A stretch of DNA of 64,000 nt from Octopus vulgaris (Eukaryota): the NCBI GenBank assembly GCA_951406725.2, contig OX597835.1, forward strand, positions 31,868,001-31,932,000, given 5' to 3'. Shown here piece by piece: positions 52,229 through 64,000 of this stretch; positions within the stretch are counted from its first letter, which is position 1, and each line of letters opens with the position of its first letter. Below the pieces are notes generated by a model. The model made no database searches. It had not been told where the DNA came from and saw nothing but the letters and a program-made list of their open reading frames with translations. The translations under genes and the position numbers were made by a program.

Positions 52229-53159
52229 TCTAAATTTTATTACACAGCTTTACTAATATACAGTTTGAATCTTCAAATAACTGCGTATCTTAATGAAAAG
52301 AAGTATAAAGATAATATCTCTGCAATAACTACAGACCAACTGATAGAGCTTTCTGTGAAACTCTCCCACTTTATTATATAATTAACATGGTAGCCAGTGT
52401 TTCATTGGCAACTGTTTAAAATTCTTCCATTTACACCGTATACACTTTGTAAGACACGGTTGTATAAAAGCGTCGATGTTTTTATTTACGAATGACGTTG
52501 CTGTTTTTCTTGTCTTATTTACCACAAACCACCCGCTTACAGATAAATATAATAGTAAATAGATTATGACCCATAACACTAGTTTTTGCTATGCCTGACA
52601 GAGCAGCAATTAATTGAATGCTACTACGAGAAATAAGAGATGTTTTGTAAAGATATTACATGCAGATGTTATTGATAGAATATATTCGGTTACTCAACTG
52701 TATTAATAATATTAACTCTGTCCAAAGTAAAGACAAGTCCACAAGTATATGCTTAGGCAGAGGAAGGGTCACCTGCATTACTTCAGCGCTACTAATTGAA
52801 TGGTAATTGATTATTAAATTTTACTTTCCAGTTTAATTCTCAGAGATCACAATTTTAGTTTTTTCTGCTCCAGTTAATGCTGTCAGAGCGGGCAGCTGTC
52901 TTTTGCCAAGCATTCAATAGCTCAAGCGTGTAAATGATATTGTTTCCAATATAAACATAAGTCCTCAAGCACAATTACTTTGGTGCCAGTCATTGTTTGG
53001 TCATTTCTTTTTTCTTTTTTTTTCTTTGCCGTTTCAATTCACAGAGTTCTCGAGTTTACTTGTTCCGGTTAATTCTGCGAGAGCGAACAGCAACCAGGCG
53101 TCAAAGATCAAACAGGGTCTGTTTCCACGATACTTAACAGCCAAGTACTAAGCACCCTC

Positions 53160-53315
53160 ATAACAACAACAACAACAACAATAATAATAATAATAGTAGT
53201 AGTAGGAGTAGTAGTTGAAGTAATAATAATAGATATAATAATAATAATAATAATAATGATGATGATAATAATAATGATAATAATAATAATAATAATGATG
53301 ATGATAATAATAATG

Positions 53316-53385
<70 letters not shown>

Positions 53386-53402
53386 TAATAATAATAATAA
53401 TA
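53160..53402. repeat. Compound (AAC/TAA/TAG/TGA)n microsatellite
   Basis: Directly visible. Confidence 0.95.
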
Positions 53403-55449
53403 TCCACTAGATATTTTGAGCTCTCATAAGGAGGCGAGTATAAGTTCCATCCAACCGCCTCTCAAGCTTCTTTCATAACGTCCAGGTTTCTGAACCATAC
53501 AATAGAATTGGTTCGAATAATGATGATGATGATAATGATGAGGAGGGGAAGAGGAGGACAATGGTTTCAAAGTTTGGCACAGGGCCAACAGTTTTCGAGT
53601 GTATCGTTACTTCGATTACATCGACTCTATTACTTTACTGGCACTATGTTATCGATTCTGAAAAGATGAATGGCAAAGTTGACCTCGGCGTGTTTAGCAT
53701 GGAATCGGAAGAAATACTGCTTAGCACTTCCTTCAGCATTGCGTTCGATATGCTAAATTGAGATATATATTTTTTTTTAATCTGGAAAGATTGAAGGCAA
53801 AGTTGACCTTGTTGCAATGCGAACTCAGCATGTGAAGAGACTAATAATACAGTACAAGATTTCTATACCACGCTCTTACCTCCCTGTTGAATCACCACCA
53901 CCGAAAAAAAAAATACCGTTGTATTTGATAAATCCTTATACTTTAAAAGTCATAAGTGATTGTTATTTTAAATATGAATCAGTAATGGCCATAGGTATAA
54001 ATTTCAATTAGTGTTGTGTAGAAGAAAATGACGTTAACATGTACTTTATAAATGGCGGAAATAGGTGATATATCATTGCTTTTACTTCTCGGGCAGATGA
54101 ACTTTGTGTCATTAATCATTATATATAATTTAACACCTGAAAGCTGGATCTTTTTGATCTTTGGGAATTAGTACGCAAGCAGAATTTTTGTGGATATGCA
54201 ATATTTCATTGCTGGAGTTTAACCGATAAAACCGTTCGTTAAATTCATGCGGCTGTAGCAGGATCTAACGAAAGACAAAGGCTGGTATAATGATCCAAAT
54301 TTGTACGTTGACAAGGGGTTGATGGAGCAATGATCAAATGTATATTTATCGTCGATCCAACGGTTAGATATGGAAGACAAAATTTATCTCCAGTCACACA
54401 TACACAAAAAAAATAAACGGCTGAATATCATCATTAGTTTGCATTGCGTAGTCTGTCACATCCTGTTGTAAAATTAAACAGCGAAACATTAGCTACATAT
54501 CCAGGAGAGAAGATATTCATTTAACATCTGTGTTAAGAAAAGGCACAAGTGATAATATTATGCTTGACATGTTATCTATTGCTAAAAAATAGTTGGAGTA
54601 ATCAAACATCTTCTTTGAACATAATTTTGATTAAGGAGAAATGGTCATGGAGAACAAGAACTACAGAGAGTACACAATTTAAGCGTCAATAGCTTCACTG
54701 TGCTCTGTAGCTTCCAAAGCGCTAGGGTAAAACCTGTACCTTAAAGAAACATGTGAGGGCTTGTGCCTCCATACATTGAAAAATATGAAGTCGAAGTTAG
54801 AATATATTTCTTGTGAAGAGCATAGAATTACCCTATTTCTCATCTGAGATGAGGGAATAAAGGCAAAAACAATAATATAGTTTGGAGTAGAAGCTATACT
54901 GAGACTGAATTTTCCTATTTTCTATCTTCACTTTCAGGCGAAGGACAAAGCATAAAACCTAATACCACTCCTTAATGCAAATGATATTTATCTTCATCTA
55001 TAAAACTATCAATGACAAATCTCGTCTTTGAGGTATTACATCAATAACCCATATTTAGCAGATCTATGTTCAAATCCACAATCAACCCATAATTATATCT
55101 AGAGCCATATTCTAAATGCCAAAGGATTTTAACAATTTTCGCAGTATTGTTCGTGAGTCTCTAAATTCTCACTGTTATTTTGTAAGTATTCATTTCGCAT
55201 ACATTTCAACACAGTGAATTTTTTTATGTTTAATGATATAAAATTTCCCTGCATCGATACCACATGTGATAGATCTGCCTGCCGGTAAAACATTCTTCAA
55301 ATCACACTTCAATAATGTTGTTACATGGGAAAATACTTTCAAACTAAAGTTATGCGTAGACTAACTGAAGGAAAAAAAAGATATATTCATTACTAGAAAT
55401 TAGGATGGAAATGGGGGATAAGCAAAAAAATTGAAAGACAAGCAATTCT

Positions 55450-55650
55450 TTCTACTATAGGCACAAGGCTTGAGATGCTGGGAGTGGAGGTGTAAGTCAA
55501 TTACATCGACCCCAATGCGCAACTGGTACTTATTTTATCGATCCCGAAAGAAGAAAATGCAAAGGTGTCCTGGGCGTCGTTTCAACTCATAAAGTAAATG
55601 CAAACGAAATGCCTCTAAGCATTTTATTTGATGTACTAACAATTCTACCA
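55450..55650 (-). mobile_element. SINE S2 (diverged)
   Basis: tctactataggcacaaggc...attacatcgacccca.tgcgcaactggtactta.tttatcga.cccgaaag. Confidence 0.7.
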
Positions 55651-56772
55651 TCTTGTTGTCTTGAAAACAAAAAATTACATCACCCAATGAGAATAAGAGT
55701 AACAATGACATCGACCAATAAGATTAAGAGATTACTGATGGAAAGAAACAATAGTTTATTGAACTTGAAAATTCTTCGTTAAAGTTTATTTCATCAGAAA
55801 GTCAAATAAGATATATTAGTGAGAGAGACGTATCAGCTTATCATTAAGTCTAATAATGATCCAGTGCCATTGAATGTTACAAATTGTGAGAATAATAAGC
55901 AATTCTTTGATCGAAACACTTTCGCATTTCTTTAACTAGTCAAATCATCAAAAACGTTTTAAATTATTGATTTATCTCTTCTCGACCACTTTGGTGTTGT
56001 TACTGTTAATGTTGTTGTTGTTGTTTCTGCTGCTGCTGTTGTTGTTTTTATAGTTACTATTAAGCTCCTAGTTAAACCTAACCGACCAGATTTAAAATCA
56101 AAATTACATTTCAGCCTTAAATTCGTTCTTTTTCTCTTGGATATTGGACATTTAGGACCACCTTATCCGATGTCAACGTTATCATTTTCAAAGTCCAAAA
56201 CTATTTCACAATTCTACCAAATTCCTTGACCACAATGTGTTGATTATTTTTCAGATCCTGATTCTACACTGTTATTATGGTAAGCATTTAACTTACACAA
56301 ATTCCAGCATAGCTTCTTTCTTTCCATATTGTTATCAGCATAAACTTTAAAACAAAATTTCTCAAAAACTAAATCGTACTACAGAAAATCACGAACAATA
56401 CTTAATTGCAATTTACAATAGAAAGTTAACAGCGTTCCTTTCTTTTTATCTGTCTTTATATCTTTCTATGACTTTTACTGAATTTTTACTACTGTTTTTT
56501 TTTTTTGTAATAGTTATCTGTTATTGTTTTCGTTTCTTACATTATCTTTATTTATTATTTACTAAGCGTTAATGTCATTCTTATTCATTCTTTCTATCAC
56601 CACGCCGCCGCATTGTTCTACTAGGACATGAATTACAACGATGAATGCTGAAACAAACAGTAGTCACACAATTGGTGAGATATACTGATAGTTACTTACG
56701 TCATACATACGTAGTATTAGTCTCACGAGTATGTGTGCTCTTAAGAATACACTTATACACACATATACATAC

Positions 56773-56875
<103 letters not shown>

Positions 56876-59242
56876 CAGATATTCATACATACACACGTAT
56901 ATATCTTTTTTTATGTACAGAGAGAGAGAAATAGAGAGTGTGTGTATGTATATATGTGTATGAGAGAGAGAGAGAGAGATGAACTGGTGCATAAATATTC
57001 CAATAGATTTTCGTTACATCTAGAACAAGAAAATGTTTTCTATGTTTCGTTAACATAATTATCTAAACTCCATACGGATATGGCGTTTGTCGTATAATTT
57101 ACAGTTTGGCAAGCAAGAGACATAGTCTCAAAATGAAATCAATTCATTTACTTTTTTTTTACTGCTAAAGTTCTTTATCGCTAAACTTACGTAAGCGGTG
57201 ACGTCAGGCAAATCATTTCCGTACGAAATACTAAGAATTTTCTTTATAGAAGAACGAAAAAAAAAAGATGAAAGGACATTTTGGATAGTGACACAAAAGA
57301 CTAGACCACCACTCCCACTGACTACAAGCACTACAACAAAACAAAGAAAGGTGACTGTATGTTGTACCTTGGAAAAAACTAGAAATGACATTAAAATCTT
57401 TATTAAATCAAATCCAGGATATGAAAGTTTACGAAACGGCCGTTTCCTTGCCGCTTGAATTGTACCACTAATTCGACGATGACTTATTTGACATCAGACA
57501 TTCTAACGTTACTCTAGATCTCTTTCTCCTCTTCTCTTTCTCGCACTCCCTGTCTCATTTTCCTTACCCTCGTCTCATTTTTGTGTCTGAGCATATTTCT
57601 TTGTGTATAAAGTAAAGAATATGTGTGTCTCTGTTCTTCTCTCCTCCTTCTCTTTCTTTCTCTCACCCCTCTCTCTCTATCTTTCTATTTGTCTCTCTCT
57701 CTAACCATCTGCATGAGTATATTGCTATCCGCATGCCCGCGTGTGTTTGTGTGTGTCTGTGTATCTACGTACGTGCGTGTGTGTGCGTGGATGTATGTGG
57801 TGTGTTTGTGTGTGTGTATGTCTGATGTGAGTGTTGGATACTCCAGCCTCAAAACATACAGACACATAAAATACAGGCTAAATGACAAGTCAGCATTCAA
57901 TTAGCCGCGCCTGAACATATCATGTCCTCATAACATACTGACAGTCCGCCATTTTATAAACGAGATTGCTTCACGGCCTTTGAAACGTTTTCGTTACAGG
58001 TCGGCTTGATCAATGTTGAAAAGGAGATAAATAACGAAAGTAATTATTTTACATTCTGACATGAGATAATCAAATTTGGAAGAGGTATGTCGATTACCCA
58101 ATAGAGAGAGAGAGGCACACACAAAAGTAGCATGACCGAAGAAATGAGTCATTATCATTTTTACGAAGCTATAACGATTTTTGAGCTCACCTGCTTAATA
58201 ATCTCTCTCTCTCTATCTCTCTCACACACACACACACTCTCTCTCTCACACACACACTCTCTCTCTTTCTTACACACACACTCTCTCTCTCTCACACACA
58301 CACACGCACACACACACTCACACACACACACACTCTCTCTCTCTCTCTGTATGTATGTATATGTATATATATAGAGAGAGAGATAGAAATATAGATTTTT
58401 ATATATGTGTGTGTATATGCGTAAGTCTGTATGTATGTATAAACAAAATAAGAAAATGGAAAGTTTTGCTTTTATTTATTCTCCGTTACAGGTGTTCCTT
58501 TCTCTAATAGGAATCACAAAAATGTACAGTTATATAGCCGTGTGCAGAATTTCCTATTAGAAAAATCGTCGGACAGAAACTTTCATGTGTCTATATAATA
58601 ACAGTTAATCCTTTGGGATTCCTTTTAAAATATGAAGCATGTGTAGTGTAAAGTTAGCGATATCAACAAATTTCCATGTTCCTATATTTGTTTGTTCAAC
58701 AAGTCTGAAAGTAATATTTCCATAATCTACAATTTTCATGTGCATTTTAATTTACATAGATCAGTAATAAACGATACGTGACTGCAATAATAAAATAAAC
58801 AGATGTGCTTCAAGAAGAAACAGCTGGGATTTACCCTAAACAGCTAGCTAGCTAGATAGATAGATAGATAAAAAATTTAGATTCAGATGAATATGGTACT
58901 TACGTTGAGGCAGAAGAAATTAGTATTTCTTATTTTGTATATACATACAGACAGACTTACACACATACGCACACACATATGTAATGTTTGCATTGCTCAA
59001 ATAAATGGAGTCGCATGAAACAATCATACTGCATTACCTCTGGATATCCTTGTTGCTTATTTTGATAGATAGATTGATAGGAAGAAAGAAAAATAGATAG
59101 ATAGGTAGATAGATAGTTAGACAGAAAAGAACAAAGAAATGAAAAGAGAGAAGCATAAATATTATATATGCATACATATATACATATGCATAAATAAAGA
59201 TACTATTATTAATAAATAAAAATAATAATAATAATGATAAAT

Positions 59243-59288
59243 GGCGGTGCCCCAGCATGGCCACAGCTCATAAGCTGAAACTAGAATC

Positions 59289-59371
<83 letters not shown>

Positions 59372-59382
59372 GAATAATAATC

Positions 59383-59421
<39 letters not shown>

Positions 59422-59430
59422 CAAACGTCT
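59243..59430 (+). mobile_element. Isolated L-A/S1-type 3' tail followed by long (TAA)n
   Basis: ggcggtgccccagcatggccacagctcataagctgaaactaga then (aat)n. Confidence 0.7.
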
Positions 59431-60032
59431 AACAACCATAAAAAACTTAAAAGGTAAATTTATAAATTTAAAATTAAGGGTACAGGTTAGTACCAACTTT
59501 GCTAGAAATAAAATTGGAAAAATTCTCAAGCCACAATATCACTAAAAATTTAACAGGGTGACGAAATCAAGATGCGTGTAAAGGATAGCCAACATGCCAT
59601 TGCGAACAAAAGGCGCAAATGAATTTGCAGAAACACCCATCTCATGTGATTCCAAAATCTGAGGTACACACTAACTTCTCATCAGTGGCTCTTCCTGCCT
59701 GGGACTAAACTGATACCGCTTGGCATGCTTGTTAAAATCGTTGAAATACTAGCGCTAAATTCAAAAGATAGAAGTGTATAATTATACATAAATAAAAATA
59801 TTTCAACTCTTATTTCTAGCAATGCTGGTACTATCATGTACCCTTAATTATAAACACGCACACATATATATACACATGTATATACATACATTCACATATA
59901 TATATATATTATATTATATTATATATATACACACACACATTCTCTCTCACTCTTACTCACACACATGTATGTATGTATTAGTATATGACTATGTATATAT
60001 ACTTGAACACAAACTTAGAGAAGATGAGGGAG

Positions 60033-60076
<44 letters not shown>

Positions 60077-60695
60077 AGGTGTGTACATACAAAAAAAAAA
60101 CAGAAATAATTTGTAGACGCTCTGTTTTATCGTCTGGGAATTGAGTAATATTGGACAACGGGACTGATAAAGAAAAATTAATGAAATTATTTCGGTAAGA
60201 AATATTTAACTAGTAAAGAAGTTATAGTTTGATTTCCCAAGACAAACCAAGCTAAAAAGTTACGTGGTAACTATATGGATCAACAAAACTGGATTAACAT
60301 ACATACATACATACATACATACATACATACATACATACATGCATGTATGCATACATTCACACATGCAAACATACATACATACACCATATACAGATATTAT
60401 AAATGTATGTGTGTGTTTGCATGCGAGGGATGCGTATGTGTCTTTATTCATATTTCTGTTTTTGTATTGTGAGGCGACAAATAACAATATGGAGTCTCAT
60501 GGTTTCGATGATTACAGTTTTTACTTTTAATTAATGACGAAGCAACAGGCATGCTAACGACTATTCTGGGCTACTGTATGTATATATGTATGTATTATGC
60601 ATGTAAGTATGTATGTATGAATATATATAAACATGTATATATACAAACGTACAGACATACATACAGTATCACTGAATAGTCGTTAGCATACATGT

Positions 60696-60730
<35 letters not shown>

Positions 60731-61398
60731 ATATGTATGTATATATATGTATATATATGTATATATATGTATATATATATATAGACAGAGAGAGAACGAG
60801 AGAGAGAAGGATAAAAGGAGATAAATGAATAGAGGGAGAGAGGATTACATAGATATACAGATAGTTAGATAGGCAGATAGATAGATAGATGGATAGATAT
60901 GGTGTACGTAAGAATGTATTGGTAAATGTTTCTATTTCCAATCGAAGCAAAAGTTAATCATTACCGCTTCAATATTTAACTGTATTGTAAACAGGGAATT
61001 TTTCGCAATTCTACGTCAATAGATTCTCTGATATAATCTTCTCTTGCAAATATAAGTTTCATTGCACATTTGCGTATAATGTAAAATATTAATATCTCCT
61101 CCTCCTTTAGGGTTACTCATTATATAAGAATTAAAATATCAGTTTATTTTCTTCTCGCAGCAAGTATTTTCCCCTCTGCTACAACACACCCTTCTTCCTT
61201 ATCTCGATGATTATCTCTACTTGCCTCTTCATCTGAACAATTGACATTTTCACTGACGGCAATGCTGGAGCAATGCCTTGAAAAATTCTTTTTAATCCAA
61301 TGAATCGACATATTTATGTATAATTACACATGCAGCGATATGCATGTATGCATGTATGTATGTATGTATATATGTATGTATATATGTATGTATGTATG

Positions 61399-61437
<39 letters not shown>

Positions 61438-61459
61438 GCATGTATGCATGTATATATGT

Positions 61460-61666
<207 letters not shown>

Positions 61667-62159
61667 GTTATTATTTACATAAACTGGTTATAAAGTAATG
61701 GAATCGAATCCAGAAAAACACTATCAGAAATAGGCCAACTACTTAACCGCCACTAGATATAGAGTAAAACTTTAAAACAACAAAACGACACACGTTAGTC
61801 GCAAGCGATTACTGCAAGTGTTAGAAAGTTGGAGTGAAGAAAACTTGTGAGTTAGAAACTGTGAACGAGAAAACAAAATGATATTTGAAATCAACCAATG
61901 AAAACACTGTATTAGACCAAAGGCCCACACTTACGTATGTATAAAACGATTATGACGACCATTAGAAAAACAGAATTCTTCTTTACTGAATATGGCAAGG
62001 TCGCGATTAGTGAGTTAAATAAACAATATGTTCTGTTGACAAAATAGAATATTTTTAACAAGTGTATTAATGCTTACGTATGAGCGTGTGCGTGCGCGTT
62101 AGTGTTTGAGTAAGTGAGACAGTGAGTGAGTGAGATTGTGAGTGAGTGAGATAGATAGA

Positions 62160-62194
<35 letters not shown>

Positions 62195-62332
62195 GACGTC
62201 AGTGTTTATGCATATGTGAACAAATATATTTCTACACATTCATATATGTGCAAAATGTGCCCTTGCTCACGCAATCTTACGTTCACAGACACACACAGAC
62301 ACACACACACACACATACACACACACACACAT

Positions 62333-62391
<59 letters not shown>

Positions 62392-62449
62392 TAAATGAAA
62401 TAAAACATATGCATATATATAAACATATATGTACGTACCTACCTCTACA

Positions 62450-62501
<52 letters not shown>

Positions 62502-62599
62502 TATATGTATACATATATATATTGCTTAAGATTTCTTCTCATGCAAAATAACCCTCTCCTGCTTATAGACAACGTGCAAAAGGGATAAATAAAAATAAA

Positions 62600-62846
62600 T
62601 GCGCCCTTTTAAATCCTAGCCAGGCTCATGGGTCCGGTTTCCCGGTTTCTATGGTGTATGTGTTCGCCAGCTGGACGGGACGCCAGTCTATCGTAGCGTT
62701 AGTCATTTTTGCCAGCTGAGTGGACTGGAGCAATGTGAAATGAAGTGTTTTGCTCAAGACCACAACGCGTCGCCCGGTCCACGAATCGAAACCAACGTCT
62801 TATGATTATGATGCTCACACCCTAACCACTAAGCCACGCGCCTCCA
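62600..62846 (-). mobile_element. SINE S4, full length
   Basis: Reverse complement of ggaggcgcgtggcttagtggttagggtg...ggtttcgattc..ggaccggg..tcttgagcaaaacacttcatttcaca.tgctccagtccactcagctgg. Confidence 0.85.
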
Positions 62847-62879
62847 TGCGAAAGAGATACCTATAGAATAATTTAGGGC

Positions 62880-63520
62880 TACACGAGAAAGACGGACCAA
62901 TCAACGGAACAGAATACCACTTTCATTAACACGCAATCCGCATCACCAAAACATTTTTAACATCATCAAAACAAATTTGCCAATCATGAAACAAAGTGAA
63001 AAACTGAAAAAAACATATTAACTAATCAAACACTTATCGTAAGCAAAATGCAATCACATGACCTAAAGAAACTATTAACAATGGCACAATTCAACTTGAA
63101 CAAACAGGATATATAACATTCACAGTTTTCAAGTGTATTGGTAACACATGTGGAATTTACCAATACATGCATACGGGTTGATCCATTAAAACAAAAAATG
63201 GAACAGATTTTTGCAAATGCAGATATGAACTGCAAAAGCAGAAGTTTTATCTATCGCATTAAATGCCTGAATTGCGAAGAACTATATATTGGTGAGATAG
63301 GGAATGCATTATAAGACTGCCCAGGAGTTCACGGACCACAAATCCGGAACACTAAATTTCGCCAGATTCCATTGAGCAAACATATAGATACATCTGGTCA
63401 GAAAATGTTTCTAATTTGTCCTTTCCACAAACTACATGACACAAGAGAAGTTGGAAGAAAGATAAAAAGGAAAACGGTTTATTAAAATGTTCAAACCTGC
63501 TCTGAACGGAAATAACAAAA
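62880..63520 (+). pseudogene. Decayed Penelope-like element GIY-YIG region (Neptune/Poseidon-type, not Naiad)
   Basis: 63222 onward reads DMNCKSRSFIYRIKCLNCEELYIGEIGNAL*...H..QIR.....QIPLSKHI, i.e. the C.S..xIY.I.CxxC...YIGE motif; stops and frameshifts. Confidence 0.75.
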
Positions 63521-63659
63521 TTAATATAACAACTAATGATGTGGATTAAAGAATATTTTTAACGTATGAATATAACCAAATTACAGAAGACTCGCACCAA
63601 TTAAAATAAAAACGATCGAATTTGGAAAATATACAAAAACCTAGTTAGCCGTCCACAGT

Positions 63660-63990
63660 TTCACTATATCAGCTACGGTGATCACAATTTTGTGACCTGT
63701 AGGCTGGACTTAGATAAGTTCCATAGACAGGGATCCGGCTGCTGGAAACTTAACACGTCACTTTTAGCTCATATGGAATACAGGAGTCGGATTAGACAGT
63801 TCGTGATGAGGGCATTGTGTGGTGCCATCATTAACAACAAATGGTGGTATGCCCCCAAAAGATACATAAAATATGAGTCTATTAGGTGTAGCGAAGAGTT
63901 AGTGGCTAAGAAAAATAGAGTTGAAAGGGCTTTAGTTAGGGGCTTAGATGAAGCACTGGAATCTGACTCCACACACTCCGAGTTTTCACC
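63660..63990 (+). mobile_element. Tx1/L1-clade LINE ORF2 fragment (end of APE domain and tether)
   Basis: ISYGDHNFVTCRL........GSGCWKLNTSLL...EYR..I........KWW..K..IK..SI..S: SDH-like motif followed by G.G.WKLN.SLL. Confidence 0.8.
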
Positions 63991-64000
63991 TAGATAGATA

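Overview
AT-rich, microsatellite-saturated eukaryotic DNA. The repeat content suggests an octopus (coleoid cephalopod) intergenic or intronic region; this is an inference. No host protein-coding exon can be supported, and nearly all ORF-track entries are translations of (TA)n, (CA)n, (GATA)n or (TAA)n. The window is a nested mosaic of mobile elements: two families of Penelope-like retroelements (PLEs) with Naiad-type GIY-YIG C-termini, both with inverted terminal copies and (TA)n flanks; a decayed PLE of another clade; a Helitron with intact A|TC...CTAG|T ends and a PIF1 helicase fragment; decayed mariner and piggyBac transposases; R4/Dong-like, CR1-group and Tx1/L1 LINE fragments; and four tRNA-derived SINE families. 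The most notable signal, found by eye, is about 10 minimal type I hammerhead ribozyme (HHR) motifs in TA-anchored elements. They include a family-wide CCGAAGA (U4C) core variant, two motifs with long stem II insertions, and a retrozyme-like ~560 bp noncoding unit with terminal direct repeats next to a PLE. There are also several long fold-back elements, and a LINE/SINE pair sharing a covarying 3' stem-loop. All RNA structures were paired manually and none is experimentally validated.
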